Source: a bacterium
Lineage (GTDB): Bacteria; Patescibacteriota; Microgenomatia; UBA1400; PJMF01
DNA: 64,000 bases
Direction of reading: 5' to 3'
Assembly (NCBI GenBank): GCA_017431625.1
Contig: JAFRKQ010000021.1
Span: forward strand, 13,324 to 77,323
Shown: positions 27,237 to 36,075 of the stretch, piece by piece
Layout of the letters: the number at the start of each line of letters is the position of its first letter
Position numbering within the stretch: position 1 is the first letter of the stretch
Position numbers and translations under genes: made by a program
The notes under the pieces: generated by a model
What the model was told of the DNA's origin: nothing
Databases searched by the model: none
The model's input: only the letters and a program-made list of their open reading frames with translations

Positions 27237-27267
27237 TCTGTCCTTTGTACTTTTGCTTTAATCGTCA

Positions 27268-28434
27268 TCATCGCTCAAGAGCACTCGCCGCGCTCGCTGT
27301 ATCATTGCGATTGTCGGCCGACTCCTCAAGCAATAGTGGGGCTACCTCCGGCGGCTCACCAATCATCTGCTCGCCAAAAAACTCCTGTCCATCAATATAA
27401 AATCCAGTGTCAATCGTCACTGGGAAGTGCGTAGCGCTATCCACCAGCCACCCCAAATTGGCAGTAATGGTCACAATGTAAAAGTTGGCCGCCACCTCAC
27501 CGTCCACTTGACCCGGACGAATGGTCATCGTGACAGCATCGCTCACCCGTCCGTCTCGATCGCGCATCACTGGATTACCTAAGCGCAACAGATAATGACC
27601 TTGATCATCAGTCACATAATAGGTGCCATTGGTGCTAGTATCAAGCGCCAGCGGCACGTGCTCCAGACGATGACTACTATCAAGCTGGAGTAAAAAACTA
27701 AATTTATTGCTCGGCAAATTGCAACCCGCCTCACTGCCCGTAAGACTTAACATTTGCAAACAGGCCGTATCAAAGCCTTGGCGATCGCCAAGCCAAATCT
27801 GACTTTTGACACCCTTACCAGGCACAATCACGTATTTAAGATCAACATCGGGCGCCACCGCCAAATTACTCACTTGATCATAACCCTGAAACCGCTCTAC
27901 GATCGTAGCTGTCTCTATCTGCTCACGTTCGCTGGCCACTGTTTGCAAATCGGTATCAATCTCGCCTACGACCGACTCGCCCAAAAGTTCACGAGCAATT
28001 TTGGCCATTTCTTGATCACTGCCCAAAACCGTTCCACCTCGGAGTTGGTCTTCATCAATACCGACATTAAAAAGCTGCCACTCGATGCCTGGTTGATAGT
28101 CTTGCCACAGTTGAGTGATCGCAAAACTATCAAGCTGATTGGCACTAACCTCAGCGTTGCTCTGACTTTTACCCTTGGAACGTTCAAAACGTAACCAAGC
28201 ACTGGTGGGATTGTCTTTATCCCCAAACTCCACCCGAAAGCCAGGATTGATCGCTACATATTGACTGCGCGAGTCATCACTGGCTGGCACGATATTGGCA
28301 TTGAGCATCAAGCGCGAACGCCAACTGGCGGGCACAAAAGGCAAAGTCCACAGCCAGCGACCGGCCGCCACCACACTCAATGCTAAAACGGTCACAACAC
28401 CCAGCAGCCACCAGCAAAATCTCTTTTTCATGTC
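27268..28434 (-). CDS. Hypothetical membrane-anchored secreted protein
   Basis: Start moved to MKKRFCWWLL because GGTATAAT lies immediately upstream (compl. 28441-28448). N-terminal TM. Confidence 0.55.
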   Translation of the reverse strand, partial: DMKKRFCWWLLGVVTVLALSVVAAGRWLWTLPFVPASWRSRLMLNANIVPASDDSRSQYVAINPGFRVEFGDKDNPTSAWLRFERSKGKSQSNAEVSANQLDSFAITQLWQDYQPGIEWQLFNVGIDEDQLRGGTVLGSDQEMAKIARELLGESVVGEIDTDLQTVASEREQIETATIVERFQGYDQVSNLAVAPDVDLKYVIVPGKGVKSQIWLGDRQGFDTACLQMLSLTGSEAGCNLPSNKFSFLLQLDSSHRLEHVPLALDTSTNGTYYVTDDQGHYLLRLGNPVMRDRDGRVSDAVTMTIRPGQVDGEVAANFYIVTITANLGWLVDSATHFPVTIDTGFYIDGQEFFGEQMIGEPPEVAPLLLEESADNRNDTASAASALER

Positions 28435-28535
28435 TCCAATTATACCGCAACTTTGGCGACATTGACAGTCCAGTTTTACCGCAATTTTTGCCCGCAAAAT
28501 AATCTTCCCAAAAAGTCATTTTATGTTATAATGAA

Positions 28536-29024
28536 TTGATGCAAAAAAATGCCCGCAATCGTTTGGCTCTCAAGATTTTAGTTGGAGTTTTTGTCTTCCT
28601 GGGCTGGCAATTGCATATTAGCAATAATCACTCTATTGCGACCGTATGGAGTGCTAGCCCGAGTGATACTTCTCTTGGCATCAGTATTGGCGCCGAAAAG
28701 CTCGATCGCGATATCCTCAAAAGTATGAACCCGATTGAGGATAGTAAGCATTCAGATTTTAAAAATGGTAACGACTTTAATCCCGGCGGGGCCGTGAGTC
28801 GTTTGGTCAAAAATATTATTTTCCCCGCCTCCGGTTTGATATTGTTTTTATACATTATTTGGGGCGGCTACCAAATTATCAAAGGTGGCCTGATGGGCAA
28901 AGACGCAGATGTGAGTGCCGGTAAACAGCGCACCACCGCAGCCATTGTCGGTTTCTTGTTGCTTTTTGGCAGCTACTGGATGTGGTCGCTCGTCGAGCTT
29001 GCTTTTGGCTTGGGAACCACTTAA
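28536..29024 (+). CDS. Small membrane protein with signal/TM plus a C-terminal two-helix hairpin (TrbC/VirB2-pilin-like topology, tentative)
   Basis: TTATAAT 6 nt before the ATG. Hydrophobic N-terminus and two C-terminal TM helices separated by a short polar loop. Confidence 0.5.
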   Translation: MMQKNARNRLALKILVGVFVFLGWQLHISNNHSIATVWSASPSDTSLGISIGAEKLDRDILKSMNPIEDSKHSDFKNGNDFNPGGAVSRLVKNIIFPASGLILFLYIIWGGYQIIKGGLMGKDADVSAGKQRTTAAIVGFLLLFGSYWMWSLVELAFGLGTT

Positions 29025-29069
29025 TTTTCAGTTTTTCGGTTGGTAAAATCAGTTATTCGACAAGAACAC

Positions 29070-29133
29070 AAAACTCATGAGTGCCGAGCTGTGTGCCAAG
29101 CTTGGCATCGCACTGCCGAGCTCCGCGCCGAGC
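29070..29133. repeat. Long imperfect hairpin: 11-bp stem GAGTGCCGAGC/GCTCGGCACTC enclosing the palindrome TGCCAAGCTTGGCA and GCCGAGC repeats
   Basis: Inverted repeats read directly. GCCGAGC occurs 3 times. Confidence 0.7.
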
Positions 29134-29308
29134 TCGGCACTCTACTGCCAAAAACAGCCAAAAATATTTATTATCTGGCAAAATAACATTGATTTACCAA
29201 GATTATTTAAGAAATAGTGCCCAAAGGTTATCCAAAGCCAAAAGATAAATTTTTAGCCATTTTTTGAGTTTTTCGGTAAGTTAAAAAACAAACTCCAAAA
29301 AAAATTTT

Positions 29309-30370
29309 TTAGTATTGCGGCAAAAAGATTTTGGAATTTTCTGGTGTCACCCAAATTTCTGTGTAACCTTGTTCCACCATAATGCGCACGGCTTTGCGCA
29401 CCATATTTTCTAGTGTTCGCTCCAGTGTCCGGATACCCATGTCATAACCCAAAGGACGAATAATTTTGTGCCAGAGTGATTCATCAATGTGAATTTGTTC
29501 TGCTTTGATACCGGCATTGGAATAGAGTCGTGGCAAAATATAATTTTTGGCGATCATTTCTTTTTCGTAATCAGTATAAGAAGGCATAGAAATTTTTTCC
29601 ATCCGGTCCATCACGGCGGTCGCAATTTTGGTGGTATTATTGGCCGTTGCCAAAAAAATGGCTTGCGACAAATCCACCGGATAGTCAATATAGGTATCAG
29701 TAAACGCTTGATTCTGCGCCGGATCCAAAAGTTCCACCAGCACACCCATAATATCCATCAGGGCACTTTCGGCAACACGATCAATTTCATCAAGCAAAAA
29801 AATCGGATTGCGCACCCCCGACTCACACAAACCTTTGATAATTTTTCCTGGCTCTGCTTCCAGCTGGAGACGTGACCAACCACGTAACTCTCGTGCCGAG
29901 CCCATACCGCCAAAAGGAATCCGGACAATATAGCGACCCAAAGCCTCAGCTAGCGAATAAGCAAAAGTGGTCTTGCCCGTACCTACCAAACCCACCAAAA
30001 GCAAAATTGGCGCTCGATAGGCTTTGCCCGGAGCTTGTTGGTTTTGCAATTTCAAAATGGAGACATATTCCAAGAAGCGATTTTTCACTTCCATCATGCC
30101 GTAGTGATGTGAGTCAAAAATGCGCCTGGTTTCATTGATATCGAGCCGGTCACGCGTGACTTTATTCCATGGGATCCGCACCAGCCAGTCGATGTAGTGA
30201 GTCACCATCTCGTATTTTTCGTCATAATTACCAAAATCCATTGACCGCTCGAGACTGACAATATCACGTTCGGCTTTTTTTTGCACCTCCAAAGGCAACT
30301 TCGCGGCTTGCACTCGCGCTTTGAGTTCATTGATTTCCTGGACCACGTATTGATTAATCTTCTCTGACAT
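29309..30370 (-). CDS. Lon-like AAA+ ATPase module lacking the Lon N-domain and the C-terminal protease domain
   Basis: YIDWLVRIPWN...HYGMMEVKNRFLEY...GLVGTGKTT...GGMGSARELRGWSRLQLEAEPGKIIKG...IFLLDEIDR aligns with the LonA linker + AAA+ + alpha-helical subdomain. The ORF stops where the protease domain would begin. TATAAT promoter at compl. 30377-30392. Confidence 0.75.
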   Translation of the reverse strand: MSEKINQYVVQEINELKARVQAAKLPLEVQKKAERDIVSLERSMDFGNYDEKYEMVTHYIDWLVRIPWNKVTRDRLDINETRRIFDSHHYGMMEVKNRFLEYVSILKLQNQQAPGKAYRAPILLLVGLVGTGKTTFAYSLAEALGRYIVRIPFGGMGSARELRGWSRLQLEAEPGKIIKGLCESGVRNPIFLLDEIDRVAESALMDIMGVLVELLDPAQNQAFTDTYIDYPVDLSQAIFLATANNTTKIATAVMDRMEKISMPSYTDYEKEMIAKNYILPRLYSNAGIKAEQIHIDESLWHKIIRPLGYDMGIRTLERTLENMVRKAVRIMVEQGYTEIWVTPENSKIFLPQY

Positions 30371-30415
30371 GACTGGTATATTATATCCTATTTGCCGGCA
30401 AAATGCGAGGCAATT

Positions 30416-30958
30416 TTACTTGGCCAAACACTCCTCAATTGTGGGCACTATCGCTTGAGGATCAATGGTTGGCTCAAAACGAGCCACTACTTGTCCGTGT
30501 CTGTCGACAACAAATTTGGTAAAATTCCACTTAATATCCGGGCTTTCTTTCCAGTGAGGATCCATTTTGGCGACAATAGGAATTAAAATTTTACCGGCAA
30601 GATTGAAGCCACCAAAACCTTGTTGACTTTTAAGATAAGCATAAAGCGGTGCTTGACGCTCACCATTGACCTCAATTTTGGCTAGTTGATCAAAAGAGGT
30701 ACGGTATTTGAGAGTGCAAAACTCATGAATCTCATCATTACTGCCCGGAGCTTGATGGCCAAATTGATCACAAGGAAAATCCAAAATCTCCAAACCCTGA
30801 TCATGATAACGCTCATAAAGAGCCTGTAAACCCTTATATTGTGGCGTAAAACCACAGCCGGTAGCGGTATTAACAATCAAGAGCACTTTGCCTGCCAAAT
30901 CATGCAAATCAAGCTGACTACCATCACGCTTGTCCACCTTAAAATCATAAATGGTCAT
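30416..30958 (-). CDS. Glutathione peroxidase-family thiol peroxidase
   Basis: VNTATGCGFT catalytic Cys motif. FPCDQFGHQ. KWNFTKF(V/L)VDR. Confidence 0.85.
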   Translation of the reverse strand: MTIYDFKVDKRDGSQLDLHDLAGKVLLIVNTATGCGFTPQYKGLQALYERYHDQGLEILDFPCDQFGHQAPGSNDEIHEFCTLKYRTSFDQLAKIEVNGERQAPLYAYLKSQQGFGGFNLAGKILIPIVAKMDPHWKESPDIKWNFTKFVVDRHGQVVARFEPTIDPQAIVPTIEECLAK

Positions 30959-31000
30959 CTTACCTTTCTGATCACTCTGGGCGTATTATACCACAAATAT

Positions 31001-32734
31001 TTAGCGACCGGTACGCGCTTTGATGAGATTTTTCACCCGCCCACACCAGATCGGGTAACGCTCCAAAAGTCCCCAATTGAGCCAAGAAATCGAGTTGTCT
31101 TGGGCAAAAGCATTATTATTGCCCCCCTGGGTGCGCCACATCTCGTCACCCATCAAAATCATCATCATGCCAGGAGCCTGACTAGTCAGCGAGAGCATTT
31201 CAAAAGCCTTGTGCTGTCTAGTAAAACGAATGCCACTATCCTCAGTCTCGCCCTCGATACCATAATTTTTGGAATAATTATCATTGGAGCCATCACGATT
31301 GTAGTAACCATTTTCTTCATTGTGCTTGTAGTCATAAGAGACAACGTCGCGCAAAGTAAAACCATCATGAGCAGCCGCATAATTCACTGACATTGCTGGA
31401 TTTTTGTGATAAAAACCAAACTCGGGCGCGCTCCCGCGCAAATGAGCCTTGACATTTTCAGCTTGAGTGCCAAAATTTACAAATTGACGGACACGATTTT
31501 TCCACTCACCATTCCACTCAAACCAGTTCTCTCCACCAAAACGACCCTGCAAGACCAGCCCTGTTGCGTCCCAAGGCTCAGCAATTAACTTGAGTGAGCG
31601 CAAAATCGGACTTTGATTGATCAGGTGAATTATTTCTGGCTCGTGGGTAAAACCAAAATCAGTATAATAAAAAATTGCCCCCAAGTCAAAGCGAAAACCA
31701 TCGACGTGAAATTCGCGAGCTAGATACTCCAGTGAGTCAACAATCAACCGCATGCCCGCCAGTGTCCCGGCGTTAAAAGTATTGTCACAACCAGAATAAT
31801 TAAGATAATAATGGCGATTGGCCGGGGAGAGCAAGTAATAGCTTTGATTGTCAATTCCCCGCCAAGAAATCACCGGCCCATTTTCATTGGCCTCGGTGGT
31901 GTGATTGTAAACCACATCCAAAATCACCTCCAAATCAAGTTCGTGGGCCCGCTTGACCAGTTTTTTGAACTCAGACAAATACTGACCATCACCTCGAGCA
32001 AAATAGTCCGGTTCCAGGGCAAAAAAAGACATTTGTGTGTAACCCCAATAATTAACCAGCTCTTGACCTTGAGGATTTTGAAAGGGAATATCATCATCAA
32101 AAGCCTGCACTGGCATAAGCTCAATAGCGGTCACACCCAGATCTTTAAGATACTCCAGTTTTTCGGTGAGCCCCGCAAAAGTCCCCGGATATTCCACTCC
32201 GCTTGAAGGGTGGCGAGTCATCCCTTTGACGTGAAGTTCATAAATCACTGATTTTTCTGGAGTGTGGGCGGGATGATGATCGTCTCCCCAGTCAAAATGG
32301 TCATCGCCCACCACGATTCCACGCAGACAATGATGGAGATTGTCACCTGGCACACAAGCCCGTTCTCGACGATAAAAACGCCGATCAATTGCCCGAGCGT
32401 AAGGATCAAGTAAGACTTTTTCTGGGTCAAAACGATTACCCACGCTACTGGGTCCGTCCACTCGATAACCATAACGGACGTCAGGACGCAAGCCTTCCAC
32501 CTGAATGTGCCAGACTTTACCCGTTTTATGCTCGCCAGCTGATAAGTCAATAATCTGAGTAGGACGCGGTGAATCAGGGTTTTCCCAAATAACTAGCTGG
32601 ACACGATCGGCCCGCGCCGACCACAAGGCAAAATTAACCCCGTAGTCATTCACACTCGCCCCCAAGGGTTGATGAGAACCGCTGCTATACTCGTGCTGAC
32701 GATAAAAAAGTTTGCTCATAAGATGACTTGACAA
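31001..32734 (-). CDS. glgX: GH13 glycogen debranching enzyme / isoamylase (GlgX-like)
   Basis: N-terminal CBM48-like domain. GH13 regions VILDVVYNHT, GFRFDLGAI and EPWD. Confidence 0.85.
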   Translation of the reverse strand: MSSHLMSKLFYRQHEYSSGSHQPLGASVNDYGVNFALWSARADRVQLVIWENPDSPRPTQIIDLSAGEHKTGKVWHIQVEGLRPDVRYGYRVDGPSSVGNRFDPEKVLLDPYARAIDRRFYRRERACVPGDNLHHCLRGIVVGDDHFDWGDDHHPAHTPEKSVIYELHVKGMTRHPSSGVEYPGTFAGLTEKLEYLKDLGVTAIELMPVQAFDDDIPFQNPQGQELVNYWGYTQMSFFALEPDYFARGDGQYLSEFKKLVKRAHELDLEVILDVVYNHTTEANENGPVISWRGIDNQSYYLLSPANRHYYLNYSGCDNTFNAGTLAGMRLIVDSLEYLAREFHVDGFRFDLGAIFYYTDFGFTHEPEIIHLINQSPILRSLKLIAEPWDATGLVLQGRFGGENWFEWNGEWKNRVRQFVNFGTQAENVKAHLRGSAPEFGFYHKNPAMSVNYAAAHDGFTLRDVVSYDYKHNEENGYYNRDGSNDNYSKNYGIEGETEDSGIRFTRQHKAFEMLSLTSQAPGMMMILMGDEMWRTQGGNNNAFAQDNSISWLNWGLLERYPIWCGRVKNLIKARTGR

Positions 32735-32751
32735 CTATTATATAATATAAA

Positions 32752-33417
32752 TTGATGAAAATAAACCTCATTTCCAGCTGTCCTGAGTATTTTGGCAGTA
32801 ATCTCACGACTTCAATCCTTGGGCGCGCACAAAAAAAAGGCCTTGTTACCATCGAAATTGTCAATTTACGCGACTTTGCCGATGGTCAGCGCAAAAAGAT
32901 TGTTGATGATACTCCTTATGGTGGGGGACCGGGTATGATTCTCAAAATTGAACCAATTGCCCGTGCACTTGATTATCTGACGGCCAAAAATGAACGTGGT
33001 CAAGCTCTGCTTACTAGCGCGAAGGGGGCAATTTTTTGTCAAAAAACTGCCCAGAGGTGGAGTCAATTACCGGCTTTAACACTCATATGCGGCCACTTTG
33101 AAGGAGTAGATGAGCGGGTTTTGAACTTAATAGATGGAGAAATTTCTCTGGGGCAATTCATTCTTACCGGCGGCGAACCAGCAGCCTGTGTGATGATCGA
33201 TGCCACTGTCCGACTCTTACCAGGAGTTTTGGGCAATCAAGACAGTTTGAGCGAAGAGTCTTTTGCTAGTGGCACCCTCGAATACCCACAATACACCAGA
33301 CCGGCCGAGTTTCGTGGTCTGCGCGTGCCCGAGATTTTACTCTCTGGACATCATGGTCGCATTAATGCCTGGCGACAAGCCCAATCACAAGTAATAAATA
33401 TCAACAAAAATGCTTAA
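32752..33417 (+). CDS. trmD: tRNA (guanine37-N1)-methyltransferase
   Basis: YGGGPGM, ICGHFEGVDERV and LTGGEPAA SPOUT/TrmD motifs. Confidence 0.92.
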   Translation: MMKINLISSCPEYFGSNLTTSILGRAQKKGLVTIEIVNLRDFADGQRKKIVDDTPYGGGPGMILKIEPIARALDYLTAKNERGQALLTSAKGAIFCQKTAQRWSQLPALTLICGHFEGVDERVLNLIDGEISLGQFILTGGEPAACVMIDATVRLLPGVLGNQDSLSEESFASGTLEYPQYTRPAEFRGLRVPEILLSGHHGRINAWRQAQSQVININKNA

Positions 33418-33439
33418 AAAGCATGGTGTATCATTCTTT

Positions 33440-34750
33440 TCATGATTGAAGCGTATTAATCACTTGCGCCAGGTTGAGGCTTTCCTGAGCGCCAGTGACG
33501 AGATTTTTGAGGCTTAGCTTTTTTTGCGCCAGCTCATCATCGCCTATAATTAGGGCATAAGCTACCCCCAGATCAGCCGCGTGTTTGAGGGCCTTTTTCA
33601 TCCCTCCCGCCTCCAAATAAACTTCAGTAGCAATCCCACTTTGCCGCAAGGCATTCACAATATCGTGCAAGTGGTCAAGCTGTGCGGTCAGTGGCACCAC
33701 TACAACTTGACTGATGGTTTTTTGTTCCAAAGACACTAAACCCGCCGCCAACGCTTGCGCCAAAAGGCGTGTCAGCCCAATTGAACACCCCACTCCTGGC
33801 ATTTTGGTTTTGCCATAATTACCCACCAAATTGTCATAGCGACCACCAGAACAAATCGAACCCAAAGACACGTGATCCAGCAAGATCGTTTCGTATATCA
33901 TACCGGTATAATAATCCAAGCCCCGAATAATCCCCATATTGAATTGATACTCCGCCGGATCCAACCGCAAGGCCTCTAAGTGTTGACTTAAGCGGTGCAA
34001 TTCTTCCAGCCCTTCGTTGAAGAGCGCATTATCAACGTCCAGGCGCAAAAGCAACTGCGAGACCTGATGAAAATTACCGTGAATTTGAGCAAATTTGGTA
34101 ATTTTTCGGATTTCAAAAGTGTCCAGACGTAAAAGTCTTAATTCCTCTTGCAATTTCTTGGGACCGATTTTGTCTGCATCATCCAAAAGCTGAATTATCG
34201 CCTTCTGATCCATGACCTTGAGCGCTGACAAAAAGCCCATCACAATTTTGCGATTGCTAATTTGTAATTGAAAACTGCCCAGCTCCAAGCGCTTCACGGT
34301 CTGGGCGGCCAGCGCCAAAATCTCAGCGTCAGCACTCGACGACAAACTGCCACGGCCAATAATGTCAGCATCGGCTTGATAAAATTCACGAAAACGGCCC
34401 ATTTGCGCCCGTTCACCACGAAAAACAGGGCCAATTGCTTGACGACGAAAAGGAAAAGCCAACTCATTTTGGTGTAAGGCCACAAAACGAGCCAAAGGCA
34501 CCGTCAGATCAAAACGCAAGGCCAATTGCGTCTCACCCTTAGCAAAGCGATAGATTTGCTTGCCCGTGGACGCGCCGGCTTTGGCCATCAAGACCTCGGC
34601 GCGCTCGATTGTCGGTGTTTCCAGTGGCGTATAGCCAAAAAGTCCATAACTTTCTCTCACTGTTTGCTTCCAGCGCTCAAAAATCAACTGGGCGGCTGGT
34701 GGCCACTCCGGCATTCCAGATAAAGGTTGTAGATTTAGCTTTTCACTCAT
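33440..34750 (-). CDS. hisS: Histidine--tRNA ligase
   Basis: Class II aaRS motifs (FRGERAQMGRFREFYQ, GGRYD) and a C-terminal anticodon-binding domain. Start set to MSEKLNLQ (compl. 34748-34750) because the longer ORF would overlap the tRNA-Gly gene. Confidence 0.9.
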   Translation of the reverse strand: MSEKLNLQPLSGMPEWPPAAQLIFERWKQTVRESYGLFGYTPLETPTIERAEVLMAKAGASTGKQIYRFAKGETQLALRFDLTVPLARFVALHQNELAFPFRRQAIGPVFRGERAQMGRFREFYQADADIIGRGSLSSSADAEILALAAQTVKRLELGSFQLQISNRKIVMGFLSALKVMDQKAIIQLLDDADKIGPKKLQEELRLLRLDTFEIRKITKFAQIHGNFHQVSQLLLRLDVDNALFNEGLEELHRLSQHLEALRLDPAEYQFNMGIIRGLDYYTGMIYETILLDHVSLGSICSGGRYDNLVGNYGKTKMPGVGCSIGLTRLLAQALAAGLVSLEQKTISQVVVVPLTAQLDHLHDIVNALRQSGIATEVYLEAGGMKKALKHAADLGVAYALIIGDDELAQKKLSLKNLVTGAQESLNLAQVINTLQS

Positions 34751-34810
34751 GCCGCTTATTATATCACAAGCACACAAAAAATCGACCGTTGTTTGCTTGT
34801 CGCAAATGGG

Positions 34811-34827
34811 CAATTGTGTGGTATAAT
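34811..34827 (+). promoter_or_regulatory. Promoter for tRNA-Gly (TTGTGTGGTATAAT)
   Basis: Canonical extended -10, 16 nt upstream of the tRNA 5' end. Confidence 0.55.
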
Positions 34828-34843
34828 AAGAGCTGTTCTTTAT

Positions 34844-34914
34844 GCAGGATTGGTGCATCGGTAGCACGCTAGCTTCCCAAGCTGGAGAGGTCAGTCCGAC
34901 TCTGATATCCTGCT
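34844..34914 (+). tRNA. tRNA-Gly (anticodon CCC), atypical T-loop
   Basis: Acceptor GCAGGAT/ATCCTGC. D-arm GTGC-ATCGGTA-GCAC. Anticodon arm CTAGC-TTCCCAA-GCTGG (U33, A37). T-arm GTCAG-TCCGACT-CTGAT with C at position 55. Discriminator U. Has its own promoter and terminator. Confidence 0.65.
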
Positions 34915-34931
34915 CGGCATACCTATCACTT

Positions 34932-34968
34932 TCGCCCAAGGGAAACCTTGGGCGAATTTTTTTATTTT
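34932..34968 (+). terminator. Rho-independent terminator after tRNA-Gly
   Basis: CGCCCAAGG-GAAA-CCTTGGGCG followed by TTTTTTTATTTT. Confidence 0.8.
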
Positions 34969-34981
34969 GGGTGCGCCCCGT

Positions 34982-35000
34982 GTGAGTACATTGTACTCAC
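34982..35000. repeat. 19-nt perfect palindrome GTGAGTACATTGTACTCAC
   Basis: A near-identical copy (GTCAGTACAATGTACTCAC) is at 38302-38320. Both are followed by an A-run. Confidence 0.8.
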
Positions 35001-35087
35001 AAAAATAACTTGATTTATCAATAAAAATTTGTAAATACGATGTGATTACAAAAATATCTTGGTATAGCAATAAATTGAGGAATACCA

Positions 35088-35327
35088 CTATAATTTAATA
35101 CTCAACTCAATCTGGGGAACAACTAAAGTATCGCGCAGTTGTTTGAGATTTTGCAGCTGGTAGTAAAGATCATCAGCTCGCGCCCGATCGCGCCGCAGCT
35201 CGTATTCGTACAGTTGTTGCTGCTGTGACAGCTTTTCTTCTTGCGAGCTTTGGATCAGGCGAACAATCAGCAACACCACCAAAACGCTGGCCAGGAAAAT
35301 AAAAAGGTGACGAATCAGTCTATTCAT
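35088..35327 (-). CDS. Small TM + coiled-coil protein (FtsB/DivIC-like septum protein, tentative)
   Basis: N-terminal TM helix followed by a Q/L/R-rich coiled coil. 79 aa. Confidence 0.4.
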   Translation of the reverse strand: MNRLIRHLFIFLASVLVVLLIVRLIQSSQEEKLSQQQQLYEYELRRDRARADDLYYQLQNLKQLRDTLVVPQIELSIKL

Positions 35328-35328
35328 A

Positions 35329-36066
35329 TCACTCCAAACTAGCGTACGCCTTCAAACTCGTCTCGGTGAGGGCAAAAACACTGTCCATCTTGTCGCGCCA
35401 ACTAACATAGGCAGGCTGAGAGTTGACAAAATTAAAATCTGGACGCAAGGTACTGATTTGCGCTTGTAAATTCAGCAGGGTGCGTTCAGTTTCCTCCAGC
35501 GTCGCCCGCTTCCCCTCGCGCTCAATCTGCGAGGCGGCTTCACTTAAGATTCTTTGATTTTGACTTTGATAAATCGTCACGTACTCATCAATAATCTGTT
35601 TGAGCTGAGTGTAGTAGATTTCCGCAAAACTTTGATAAGCAGTTTCATTAAGCGCCGCCAAAATTGTTGTCGCCTCGCTATCAGCCTGAGCCCAAGCACT
35701 TAAATTATCAAAATTAACTGTCATCGTTCCAATAGCCTGCGCGTGCTGATCAAGTTTGTCTACCAGTTCGGTCCGCGCCAATGTCTCCGTGACGTTACTT
35801 TCCACCAAGCCACGCAAATAGCGAATATAACTATAAGCCGCCTGTTGACGAGCAACAAAGGCGTCATTGGCGCTGGCCAGCAAAGTGGCAAAACTGGTAC
35901 CACTACCAGACTGATACAGCTGACGATCGCGTTCAAATCGAGCCTGATATTGACGATAAGCCACCATAGCCGATTGATATTCTTGTTGATAAGTCTGTGC
36001 GCCAACCTGACGAATACCCACTACTGGCCAAAAGACTATCAGCAAAACTGTCAACCATCGTCGCAT
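35329..36066 (-). CDS. Hypothetical secreted alpha-helical protein
   Basis: Signal peptide MRRWLTVLLIVFWPVVG...AQ. Helical, Q/A-rich. Confidence 0.5.
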   Translation of the reverse strand: MRRWLTVLLIVFWPVVGIRQVGAQTYQQEYQSAMVAYRQYQARFERDRQLYQSGSGTSFATLLASANDAFVARQQAAYSYIRYLRGLVESNVTETLARTELVDKLDQHAQAIGTMTVNFDNLSAWAQADSEATTILAALNETAYQSFAEIYYTQLKQIIDEYVTIYQSQNQRILSEAASQIEREGKRATLEETERTLLNLQAQISTLRPDFNFVNSQPAYVSWRDKMDSVFALTETSLKAYASLE

Positions 36067-36075
36067 ACTCTTATT

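Noticed and set aside
34751-34939. N-terminal 63-aa extension of the hisS ORF
   Set aside because: It would overlap the tRNA-Gly gene and its promoter on the opposite strand. The internal Met (MSEKLNLQ) gives a canonical HisRS N-terminus.
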